Shown: piece by piece, positions 37,058-48,196 of the stretch | How positions within the stretch are numbered: the first letter of the stretch is position 1 | How the letters are laid out: the number at the start of each line of letters is the position of its first letter | Assembly: GCF_000150275.1 (NCBI RefSeq) | Contig: NW_002060944.1 | Coordinates: 65,614-129,613, forward strand | Length of the DNA stretch: 64,000 nucleotides | Reading direction: 5' to 3' | DNA from: Trichoplax adhaerens | Lineage: Eukaryota > Animalia > Placozoa | The notes under the pieces: generated by a model | Told to the model about the DNA's origin: nothing | What the model saw: the letters and a program-made list of their open reading frames with translations, nothing else | Database searches by the model: none | Translations under genes and position numbers: made by a program

Positions 37058-39334
37058 ATGGAAGAAGGCGGTGGTGCAGAAGCAGAAAATCAAGAATGTA
37101 AGTTGAAATTTTATCCTTGGAGGAAGCTTTCCTTCATTAATCAATAGCATAATTTTAAATAACCAGTGGTAAAAGAGAGTAAGTTTGCATGGTAGAATAA
37201 TAGTGGACGCTTTAGATAAAGATTCAGTCCTACGATCAACGTGATAGCAGACTAGCATCGGCTTCAGTGTCGATAATGGACTATTCGTAGCGAGATTGAT
37301 GCAGAATACAGAGTCATAATTGCGTGATCATAGCATGGTTATCATCCAGCACGAATAGCATAGTATACAGTCGTTGCAAAAGAGTTGTAAGAGAGAGTAT
37401 ATCTGAATGAGAGAATAGTGATGGGCGCTTTAGATAAAGATGCAGTCCTACTGTTAGCGTTATAGCAGACTAGCATCTATAAAAAGTAGAATATTTTGCC
37501 TATTAATTAGTAACGTAAATTAAATAGGATATAGTCCTGATGGAGTGATCGTAGAAAGGTCATCATCGATGATGTATAGCATAGTTTACAGTAGTTTGCA
37601 AGAGCAACTGTAATATTAACCTTACTGGTGACTAGCATCAATTTCTACATCAATATTTTACTGTTCGTAACGTCAATAATGTGAAACAGAGAGTGCTCGT
37701 AGTGTGATCGTAGTAAGGTTGCCTTCAAGCCTGAATACCATAGATATAGGATAAAAGTAGTCGTAAGAGAGAGTAAGTTTAAGTAGCGGAATAGTAGTGG
37801 ACTATTTAGATAAAGGTGCAGTTTTCGTTTCAACACTTTACGCGTAGTAATTTGGCATCTACTTCTACGTCACTATTTTAGCTTGTTTGTAACAAATTAT
37901 AAATCATAGCAAGTCCTAATACTTTGATAATGTCGTTAGCGTTGGTTGGGTAATTATAGTAAAGTTAAAATTATCAACGAGCTGCCGTGAATGACATCAA
38001 ATCGGACTATTTTTTTCTTATACATGCTATACCTTTGAATATATATATATTTATATATATATAGATCTAATTCGAAAGAGACTACCTAGATCCTTACCTA
38101 AACGGAAGAATGATGTGTATGTCACACGTAAAACCAATTTTGCTGCTCAAATAAAAAAATGTAGTAAACTCTTGGAATCAGAGTAAGGCTTTTCACGAAT
38201 CTTTCTTTAAAGAAATTACTTACCTTGATAGTACTGTAGACTAAAAGTAATTGTATTGATAGCTCTGTTAAGGATAATATTGGTACATAGAATAGTATCG
38301 AAGCACGACATACGGTTAGCATCAGCAATTGGATAGGTAATAGCTGTACTATCCTAGCGAATTGGCGGACATTGCTGTTGCTACCCTGAATGCCTCCGAT
38401 ACTGTCCATAACCTGATATTAGCCGTAACAGCTCAATCTTTTATTCCTAAAAGTACGACTATAACAACTGCTACATATCTCGTACGCAATTCAACACTTT
38501 TTTGAACCGAAACAGATTTACAGAGATTCATATTCATGGCCTCGGTGCTGCTGTTAATAGAGCCATCAATCTTGCCTTGCAATTAAAATTGACCAGCAGT
38601 GGAGGCTTGGAGGTGAGACGAATTTTTTGTACATTTCCAAATGAATAACAAACACTCTTTGATGAATAATTATGCCTAAAGTAGCTATACCGAACGCTAT
38701 ATGATTACTCATAATTATGCCAACGTCCCATACACTATGAAATGAACTAAAACTGCGCTATAATAAAGCTCAAAGTACAATTATGGAACACATAATTGAT
38801 TATTTTTTGCTGTATAGGTATCTACGACAACATCGACTGTGGAGTTGTTTGACGATTTCGAATCTCTTGATGAGGTATGCTTATGTTTTTGCAGAAGAGC
38901 GCCTTTGATGTTATATCTTACTATACACATACGTAGTAAATATCCAGCTTCCTGTTCTTACAAAACGGGATAATAATGATGTTGTAAGTTACAATTTGTA
39001 ACTGCTGTAATTGATAGCTATCCAGGTTATCCTAGTTAACTAATTATATAATGTTACAGTCATAATCTCATTGATTGCAGTTTGATAGGGAGCTATCGTA
39101 ATACTGTATGATGTACTGTATATCTACAAATGAAAAGATATACAGCTGCCTCTTTATTGCTGTTTTTGCCAATACTACACTAGGCTTGATAATTCTTAGG
39201 TAAGACGAGCGTATACCTAACATCGGGTTGTTTTTATCGTTACATTTTAGACATTACCATCGAAGAAATCTCAATTAAGGCAAAATTCTGCTATACATAT
39301 TAAAGTCTATAAAATTATTAAAGTAGCAAGCTGA
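37058..39334 (+). CDS. POP7: RNase P/MRP subunit p20 (Alba-like), 5 exons (37058-37097, 38065-38182, 38516-38612, 38818-38874, 39251-39334)
   Basis: EYLIRKRLPRSLPKRKNDVYVTRKTNFAAQ; EIHIHGLGAAVNRAINLALQL; STVELFDD; RQNSAIHIKVYK match RPP20 motifs. All junctions are GT-AG and in phase. Confidence 0.93.
37170..37835. repeat. Degenerate repeat (about 3 copies) in POP7 intron 1
   Basis: gctttagataaagat.cagtccta...atagcagactagcatc recurs near 37205, 37425 and 37800. Confidence 0.7.
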
Positions 39335-41143
39335 AGAAAATTGTCAACGTTTATTTATGCAATTAAGACGTCAACTCTAAGACATAAACTATTTTATTAA
39401 AGGCAGATAGTAAACAATTACTTTGCAGTGTTTCTTAAGGTTAAAGGAATGTTATAGTTTCATTCTGCGAAATTAAAAAGAGTAAAGAAATCATTTCCTA
39501 ATATCAGTTATTACTATTATAGTTATTTTCAACGTTTTTGTTATGTTTTATGGCTGGGAAAAAAGCCTTTCAGTGAAATGAAAAACGAGTACATACAGTA
39601 CAGTATATGAGAGTATCGTTTTACAAATGAAAAAAAAGATGAATGGTATTTTTCTAATTGCTATGGCTATTGCAATTATTTTGAATATTAGTCGCTATTT
39701 TAAGATAGGAATAAGTCTGTCAGCCAATTGAAATACATGTATCGTTCAGCATTTCTAATATAGCTCCTACAACTGCAACTGGAAGTTAAATTTGCAACAC
39801 AGATTATGCAACCCTAGATAATTTTGTACATAGTGTACTGCATGAAGTCATTGCATGCAATTTGTAACTGCAGTAATGAAGGTACTGATTATGTTAACCT
39901 TAGATGGATAAAGTTGTGTTTTTAATAAACTTGGCTCAACAGCAGCTCCTGCATATGTATGTTACACCTACAGCTGCTCTATTGCTGCAATTCATTCTTT
40001 TTTTGTATTAGTCCATCTAGAATACTATCTATCGCTGTAAAAAGTGAAGATGTTAACCTTTTATCGTCATAATTTAGCTACCAAAAATAATTTTTATTGA
40101 AATTTGCTATTAGCAATCAAGATTAGTCATTATGAATATAATCATTATCAATTAGTCTTTAAATATCAAGACTTAGTCACTATGAATATCACTAGCTTCG
40201 TAATACCCGTTGTAAAAACGGGCACAGTCGAATCTACCTTTGCTTACCACGCTTCGCCATGCAGATTATGACTTTGTGTTTACTGGGCGTACGCCTGATT
40301 TACACTCCGTAAAAATGTAGTAATTGATGAAATTTTAACTTTCCATGTGCAAAATAGTAATGCCAATCTATCGCAATTGATGATACAGTAGTAGTACAGC
40401 TCTGACAACAGAAAGAGAGGACAGTCTAAATTATATACTCGTATATTGTATATATATATTATCATCTACGCTGGAAAAGAAGTGCAGTACACTACGCACT
40501 CCGAGTATTTTGCTAGACATTTTATTATCACTAGTACAAACTCCCGTCGCTTTGCTGACGGTTTACGAGAATGTATCCATTTGTTAATAATTAACAGATA
40601 GTATTACCATTCGACATTATATATATCCCGGTAATAGCCGGGCACTACTATATTCACAACTATGCTTCTAGAATACTACTTTTCAATGATGCATTCACCG
40701 ATGAAACCTTATTACAGTCTTTGATAATAATTCGGCAATTATAATATCTGCCCTACATATCCTAATGTGAAGAATAATGCTACTGGACAGATTAAAGTTA
40801 TATCAACCATTGCTGAGTAGTAATACTATGATTGAACACTCATTTGCAAGTTTACTTTGTATGATTTTACAACATTTTATTAATATCCGATTACTCTATA
40901 ATGCTGATTAGAATACTATTGATGTATTGCAAAGGAACAATAAAAGTAATATGACAATTACTCCCTTACATATCACAAATTCATAATGCAATAAAATTTA
41001 TTTACTTTATGTTCGGAATTAAAGCATTACATTTTCGTGGCTGCAAAATGTGTTATATAAACTGATATTTGCCTACTCATCTAACTTACTTTATAATTGT
41101 AATTACTTAATAATACTGTCTATATCAAATAACCAATCATGAT

Positions 41144-41826
41144 TCATACTGCACTTTCTGTAGTAGTAGAAATCTTTCGGCTGAGGTCGTTAGACCTGAT
41201 ATATGAATCACAATCCAAAATATAGCCATCATTACAATCACTTATTGCTTTTCGGACAGTTGGTTCGATATCATTTTTGTTCGTCGACAGTTGACATAAA
41301 TGACCAAATAATTTTAACGCAACAACAATACCAAACTTCAAGTAAAGTCTATAACTGGTGGGTGGCAAAATAAGAATTAAGATGATACATATTATAGCGA
41401 TTATGATGTTGCAGGTGACAGATTTCAGCCGTAAAGCAGTTTCTGGTTCCTCATGATACAAAAAATCATAAAGCGATTTAGGAATTCTGGCAATTTTTTC
41501 ATTATTTTGATAGAAAAATATATTCTTATGCAATAAGTCATTGTTTTTTTCGCGTAAAAGCTTTTCAATAGGTTCTCGCAATACATCTAGCTCCTTGTCG
41601 AAGTTAGTGAAAGTAACATTAACATCATACGTTCCACATGAAGTTTCTTCATATGAATAATTTACCGCTACGTAGGCACTTGAAGTTGGCGGAATGAGTA
41701 AATTCTTTTTCAATAACTCCTCCAATTTTTTCTGGAAATTCGGAATGAACTTCTTTAATATAGTTGGTACATTGACATTTACATTATTGCCGGTTACTTC
41801 GTACTTAATTTCCAATGATCCACCCT
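41144..41826 (-). pseudogene. 5'-truncated paralog of the 537-aa membrane protein at 46583..48196 (223-aa ORF)
   Basis: GSLEIKYEVT...NVNVP...KNLLIPPTSSA...FDKELDVLREPIEKLLR...EPETALRLK aligns by eye to the C-terminal half of ORF 46583..48196. Homology stops at about 41826 and the ORF starts at TTG, not ATG. Confidence 0.7.
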
Positions 41827-42620
41827 ACTGTGTCAGTACATCGTAGTATCATTGAACAATGTACTGTACAGTACAGTACGTGTACTGTATCCCTGACTGT
41901 ATTGACTATAGAGCCACGACTCGAAGTCGACTCTGAGTCGGACCAATCGACTCAGGAGTAGTGTATTGTAACCCCATGAGTCGAGTCGAGTCGACCGTGG
42001 CCGATCGCTACTGTAGACTACAGTATAAAGGCCGAAAACGTCGAAATATTATTTTAACTGAGTTTGTCATTTTCTTAATCACTCTTTCTAGCTCAAATTG
42101 ATTTGTGACTTGATAGCATAGCTAAGTTATCTAGTAACCTGGCTCAATGGTCAAAAATTGACAAGCGATTTCAATTGCTTTTATAAGTTTGATACTCGTA
42201 TTTGTTTTCTAAATGTAACGAATATCCCCAGTGTGAATAGCCCAATTCTTTATCTTCTATGCGAAATTCCTCCTGTTTTATTATTAAATTGTTTGATACT
42301 CTGGGAGACTACTGAAGACAGAAAGAGGAACACCTGTAAATGTACACTGCACTAGGTCCATCTTTTGTATATGCCATAATCCCAGATGCTTTCTTTTATA
42401 TATGAACTTTTTTAGGGTTGTTTCGATTTTGAGACCATTTCTCATGCTAACTTGTATATTTCCGTGCTTATTTGCATATAGTCCCATAATCGAAGCAATA
42501 CTAAAAAAAATATCATATATAAAAAGTCTCAAGTCCATTCAGATGAAGTAGCGACGTACAAAATCTGATACGACTAAAAGCAAGATGAGATTACACTATT
42601 AACATTTGATACCGAAAAGT

Positions 42621-42709
42621 ATGACGTAATCTTCCAACATAATGAATTCGATTCTAAAAATAAATAGGCCTTTCATTGGCCAGGCCTGGCCAGGCAATTG
42701 CTATAAAAA
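42621..42709 (+). promoter_or_regulatory. Candidate TATA promoter of orphan ORF 42743
   Basis: ATGACGTAAT (42621), ATTGG (42675), 16-bp palindrome TGGCCAGGCCTGGCCA (42677-42692), and TATAAAA (42702-42708) about 35 nt before the ATG. Confidence 0.5.
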
Positions 42710-42742
42710 CGAGAAAACTCACGCGAGTAAATTATTTCCGCG

Positions 42743-43342
42743 ATGGGTGTACTAAGGAAGGCACGAAAATTAGTAGATGTTCGCCGACGCTTCAAGATAT
42801 CCTCGGCAATCTTTGATCGCCGAGGATTCAAGAAATCCTATCGTCGTAACCGGGCTCACGTTGCAAAGTTCAATTATCCCGCTAATGGACATGGTCTGTT
42901 TCCTTCGCGCGAACTTGCTATATCATTAACTTATGACTTGATTACACAGTTTAATCAAAGTAGTACTATTTTTCAATTTAATCAAAGTAGCACTATTTTT
43001 CAATGTAATCAAAGTAGCACTATTTTTCAATGTAATCAAAGTAGCACTATTTTTCATTGTAATCAAAGTAGTACTATTTTTCAATTTAATCAAAGTAACA
43101 CTATTTTTCAATTTAATCAAAGTAGCACTATTTTTCAATTTAATCCAAATGGTATCGTTTTTACTAGTTTTTTTTCACCCTATAGTAATTTCGATTCTTT
43201 TATTTCATTTAATAATAATATTTATGATCCTGACCCTGCTATTGGAGGGCAAGAGCCCGTTTTTAGTAATCAGATGTTTCAATTGTATGATCATCCTGTT
43301 GTTACTCATTTTACAAGTACTTTCGTACTGTGGACTGAATAA
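42743..43342 (+). CDS. Orphan intronless 199-aa ORF: basic N-terminus plus (QFNQSSTIF)x7 repeat
   Basis: ATG in cgcgATGg context downstream of a TATA box; 27-bp tandem repeat at 42947-43144; AATAAA overlaps the stop codon. No family recognised. Confidence 0.45.
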   Translation: MGVLRKARKLVDVRRRFKISSAIFDRRGFKKSYRRNRAHVAKFNYPANGHGLFPSRELAISLTYDLITQFNQSSTIFQFNQSSTIFQCNQSSTIFQCNQSSTIFHCNQSSTIFQFNQSNTIFQFNQSSTIFQFNPNGIVFTSFFSPYSNFDSFISFNNNIYDPDPAIGGQEPVFSNQMFQLYDHPVVTHFTSTFVLWTE

Positions 43343-45119
43343 AATACCGTCTTTTAATTATTGAATGACTTCGTAATTGATTAACTTTTCTGAACTTCAA
43401 TTAAAAACTATCATCATAGTTTCCTCCACTATCGCAAAGTTATTTCAGTGGTCTTAATTAGTTAAGTATTTCACATTGAAATAGTTATCACATATATAAA
43501 GTAGTCTACCCTTTTCCCCCTACTTCATCCCAAGAATTTGTCTGCCATTTTGATTTTCTTGCCTTTCTATTGCTTTTTTCTGCCATTCGTACAGAACTGA
43601 TATTTCTGTTCTTTCTACACATGGTCATTCTTTACTTTGACGTTACTCTCATACCTATTCCTTAACTGCAATATGCCAGATTAAGATCCCTACTTCCTTT
43701 GGCGGTTTCTAGATGAACATCTGGGAATTGCTTACGTTGCTCAGTAACATTAGATTTACCTTTAGTTGCATAGTAACATTGTAAATGTTTTCTTCCACCT
43801 GTTGGACATTTTTCTTCAGCTACTCTTACCACGCTGAACGTCCATAATAGCTACAATGATCGGCGAGGAACCTAGATAGGTCCTGATCCTGCTATTGGAG
43901 GGCAACGGCCTGTTTTTCGGGATCAAATGCAAGATATAAAATTATAAAATTAGAATTACTGGATGTAAACTTTTACAAGACATTTTTTGAAAATAATGAC
44001 GGCAATTGGCGACGTGTGCCGCTTCATGAATATTGTATAATAATTTTAATTTTTCCCGCCGAATTTTTTCCGCTAATGTTGCCAGGGGCAACGAGTACCG
44101 TGCTGCTAGACCTGTCAGAGAGAGGTTCGGTTCTGAAACAGTGCTGCACAATTTATAATAGACCACTATTATATGGGCGTGGCAAGTCCTCTCAATTGGT
44201 TGAAAGACGTTCTCAGCTATACTGTATTGTGTTGCCTTCAATGTGGCTCCAAGTCCATACAGACAGATCAGTACAACCTTGAGCAATGGCTTTTGATATC
44301 TTGATTACTTTTATCGAAGTATTGAATAATTCTATTTCTTTCAAATTTCGAATACAAACTATCAGTCGCCATTCCATGTACGGTCGCTCCAAACTATTTT
44401 ACAAGTCACGTCGTAATACCGATCTTATAGTCCAGTATACAGTATAGTATAATGTCTATTTTTTTAAACATTAAACCTAATTAAACAAAACTTAGCGAAG
44501 ATGGCTGGGTTGCAATCAAGATTTAACTTCAATCTACTACTACGGACTATTAGTCTTCGAAGTCCCCAGTACTGTATAGCAATATTATTATTTTTGCATT
44601 AGATATTTAAATAAAAGTATAAATGAAATGTAGTGCTATCTTTAAAACCAAAGATGTACCGTTGAAAGACGTAACATTACTGAATGTAGAATTCCACCCA
44701 CTATCTGGTACAGTGTTTGTATCTTGTCACATGCTGGTGCTGTTGAGTCAAGAATTGTACCAAGTTTTTCATATTTCTTTAGCAGATCTAATGGTATACA
44801 GTACTCTGCGTGGTTATAACTTCTGTGCAAGTTTACCTCTTAAAAGTCCGTGAGTATACTTTGTGCTGTTGATATACCTGGCTGCAGCTAGAGTGACCAG
44901 ATTTTGATGCAGCATGTGTTGGTATACCTGCACACTATCTGATTGACTTGGTACTAGGCCAACGTAAGGTTACCCTAATATTATCATAGCTTATCCTTTA
45001 ATAAGATAATAGCAGGTTTAAAATTATAGTTCTGACTGATATCTTACGCTCTTCATGTTTAACTTATATCTGTGTCTTCGCATGTAAAACGTCAGTCTAG
45101 ATCTACACGCATACTTGGC

Positions 45120-45183
45120 NNNNNNNNNNNNNNNNNNNNNNNNNNNNNNNNNNNNNNNNNNNNNNNNNNNNNNNNNNNNNNNN
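45120..45183. other. Assembly gap (64 N)
   Basis: Run of n. Confidence 1.
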
Positions 45184-45411
45184 GATATTAAGCGTGTAGC
45201 TAGACGTTTCTCGAACTGTCTCATGAATTCGCCACTGTAACCTGACGGTCTATTTGTAAACTTATTGGTTATTATATCTCTTTATCGTTTCTTTAGAACT
45301 ATATCTACACCATAGACACTATGAGATGAACTGAAATTATGCTATAATAAAGCTAAAAAGTGTAGGTATTGAATATATAATTGAATAGATATAATTACTT
45401 TTACTTCATAG

Positions 45412-45879
45412 GCATCTACTACATCATCGACTGTGGAATTGTTTAACGATTTCCAATCTCTGGATGAGGTAGATAGATGTTTATTGCTCAGCACATTGAT
45501 ATCATACCTTACTATGTACATACCTAGTAATTATCTGATTCTTGTTCTTACAAAGTGGATAGCATATAGCTGTTCAGGCTACTCTAGTTAACTAATCATA
45601 TAATGTTACAGTCATGATCTCATTGATTACAGTTTTGTAGAAAGATATCGTAATTTGATGTGCGTATATCTACAAATGAAAGATATCCAGCTGCTACATC
45701 ATTTACTATTTTTCCCAATACGACAGTAGACTTGATAATTCTTAGGCAATACGAGCGTATACCTATCTTTGCAATATTGTTATCATTACTTAGAGACATT
45801 ACCATGGAAGAAATTTCAATTAACATAAAATCTCGCTATTCGCATTAAAGTCTTTAAAGCTACTAAAGTGACAAGCTGA
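45412..45879 (+). pseudogene. POP7 pseudogene fragment (copies of exons 4-5)
   Basis: ASTTSSTVELFNDFQSLDE then TLPWKKFQLT*NLAIRIKVFK with a premature TAA. The intron and 3' flank (to about 46560) parallel 38800-40025; exons 1-3 are not seen. Confidence 0.88.
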
Positions 45880-46582
45880 AAGAAATTATCAATGTTTATT
45901 TTTACAATTGAGAGGCCAAATTCTAAGACAAACTATTTTATTTAAAGAAGATAATAAAAAATTGCTTTACAAAATTTCTGAAGTAAATGTTATAGTTTGA
46001 TTCTGCAAAATCGAAAAGAGTTAAGAGATTATTTCCTAATATTGGTTGTTAATCTTATAGTTATTTTTAATGTTCGTTATGTTTTATGACTGGGAAAAGC
46101 CTCTTAGTAAATCAAAATATATACAGTATATGCGAGTATCGTTCCACAAATGAAAAAGATGGAAAGATTATTTCCTAACTGCTATGACTATTGTAATTAA
46201 TCATTTTCAAAAATAGTTGCTATATTAAGACAGGAATAGGCCTATCAGTCAATTGAAATACAGGTTTAGTTCACCATTTCTAATAAAGCTCTTAAAACCT
46301 ACAATTGGAGTTTCAATTTGTAACATGTTATGCAACCTTAGATAATTACATAGAGTACTTTACGAAGTTAACGCATATAATTTGGCACTAATGAAAAACG
46401 AACGTATTAACTATGACAAACTTAGCTGGACAAGGTTGTATTTCGATAAACTTGTCTTAAAATAAGTAAAGGAGTAGCAGTTCCTGTTTATGTGTTTTAT
46501 ACCAACCGCTGCTTCACTGCTACATTGCTGCAATTCACATTTGTATTAGTTCATCTAGAATACTGTATACCTCTATAGGAGG

Positions 46583-48196
46583 TCAATACAAAAATTCTGT
46601 TTTATCATAATCAATAATGATTCGTACTGGAATGCTTACATTATTATTATAATTGATTGCATATGAATCGTTAAAAGTATAGCCATTTCTATAAGATATT
46701 ATTTTCTCTCTGATAAAAGATTCGATATCATCGTTATTCAGTGGCCGAAGAAAAGAAAACAAAATAAAAATTAACGCAAGAGCTATACCACCTTTAGGAT
46801 ATGTAGTATTGGTGGATGTATAAAAAATAATTAAGATGATAGACATTATAGCGATTATGACATAGCAGATTATAAATTTAAGGTGTAAAGCAGTTTTCGG
46901 TTCATTATTATACAAATAATCAAAAAGTGATATAGGAATTACGGTAAACGTTTCATTGCTTTGACCGAAAAATATGCTGTAACGTACTAAATTATCGCTA
47001 TTATCGCGTAAAAGATTTTCAATTGGTGTCCGCAATGCATCTAACTCCTCATCGAAGCTACTGAAAGTCACCCTAAAATTATTCGTTCCATCTAGATTAG
47101 CTTCTTCACCCGAATACTTCACCATCATGCAGGCATTTGAAGTTGGTGTAATGAGTAAATTATTTTTCATTAAGTCCTCGAATTTCTTATTAAAGTCTTG
47201 ACTTAATTTTTTTAACATGTCTGGTACGTCGACGTTTACTTTTTCTGCTGTTGCTTCATACTTAATTTGAAATGATCCACTTTTACGTGATATATTGTGA
47301 TTGTCAGGAGTTTCATCTTTTACATATTGTAGACTATTTATTATACAATTTGATAGACGAATATTCTTATCTGAATATAAATATTGGCTGCAGTAATATA
47401 TAAGGTAAGAAATACATGATAATACAAGCATATTAGTTAGTAAATCTAGTATCAGAAATTTGATGGATAAAAGAATAAGTAAAATGCATATATATACCAT
47501 AATTGCGGCTGAATATACGCAATAAATGTATGTCAGGATTGAAATTAAGTGTGTGATGCTTGTGTATTTGTCTTTATTAGAACAAAACATATTGCTGATG
47601 TAGCAACTTTGCATTTGTGCTACATTAAAAGCAAATTGCATCAACTTCCAACTCTTCACAAGCCACCATAACCTACAAAGTATTATCTTCACAAAATTAA
47701 AACAACCTGATGCGCAATCTCCTTTATGCTTCTTTTTAGATTCATCAAAGAAGTATTTTTCCAATGAAATTTTTTTGTTATAAAGGACATGTTGCTTATA
47801 TACTTGCAATAATCGGCATGACTCTTCGTTACTTTTCCACATAGAACATATCGTAGCTAGAAGCATCGATATGCAAACGATTCCATAGAGAAATATAAAA
47901 TAGTAACTCCATATACTGCATTGCAATAAAATCTTTGTAAGCTTTACGAAATTCCGTGATGCAGGTCCTAGATACCCAAAAATAAGGAAACTAGCGATCG
48001 ATTTTGCTAAAAGAATAATCAAAAGAACCATCTGCCAATGTTCCACAAATATATATTTAATTATATATCCAGCACACAGTTGCATTAAATTAGTGTCATC
48101 ATTTCGGTAGACAACCATAAGATTTTCACGAAGTGAGCTTACATGACTATACGAAAAGGAATAGGAAAATTGCATTAGTCCATATATGCAGTTCAA
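46583..48196 (-). CDS. Uncharacterised multi-pass membrane protein (537-aa ORF; probably the 3' part of a larger gene)
   Basis: Long uninterrupted ORF with several hydrophobic segments (VLLIILLAKSIASFLIFGYL, YYFIFLYGIVCISMLLATI, IYICILLILLSIKFLIL, IIAIMSIILIIFY, GIALALIFILFSFL) and nearby paralogous fragments. The ORF starts at TTG. Confidence 0.7.
   Translation of the reverse strand: MNCIYGLMQFSYSFSYSHVSSLRENLMVVYRNDDTNLMQLCAGYIIKYIFVEHWQMVLLIILLAKSIASFLIFGYLGPASRNFVKLTKILLQCSIWSYYFIFLYGIVCISMLLATICSMWKSNEESCRLLQVYKQHVLYNKKISLEKYFFDESKKKHKGDCASGCFNFVKIILCRLWWLVKSWKLMQFAFNVAQMQSCYISNMFCSNKDKYTSITHLISILTYIYCVYSAAIMVYICILLILLSIKFLILDLLTNMLVLSCISYLIYYCSQYLYSDKNIRLSNCIINSLQYVKDETPDNHNISRKSGSFQIKYEATAEKVNVDVPDMLKKLSQDFNKKFEDLMKNNLLITPTSNACMMVKYSGEEANLDGTNNFRVTFSSFDEELDALRTPIENLLRDNSDNLVRYSIFFGQSNETFTVIPISLFDYLYNNEPKTALHLKFIICYVIIAIMSIILIIFYTSTNTTYPKGGIALALIFILFSFLRPLNNDDIESFIREKIISYRNGYTFNDSYAINYNNNVSIPVRIIIDYDKTEFLY

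Noticed and set aside
42743-42800. MGVLRKARKL resembling the RPS23 N-terminus
   Set aside because: Similarity is limited to a few basic residues; no uS12 core follows.
45120-45183. Assembly gap hiding a second gasdermin
   Set aside because: Both gap flanks map to the gasdermin 3' flank (about 61769 and 61970), implying only about 200 bp of noncoding sequence is missing.
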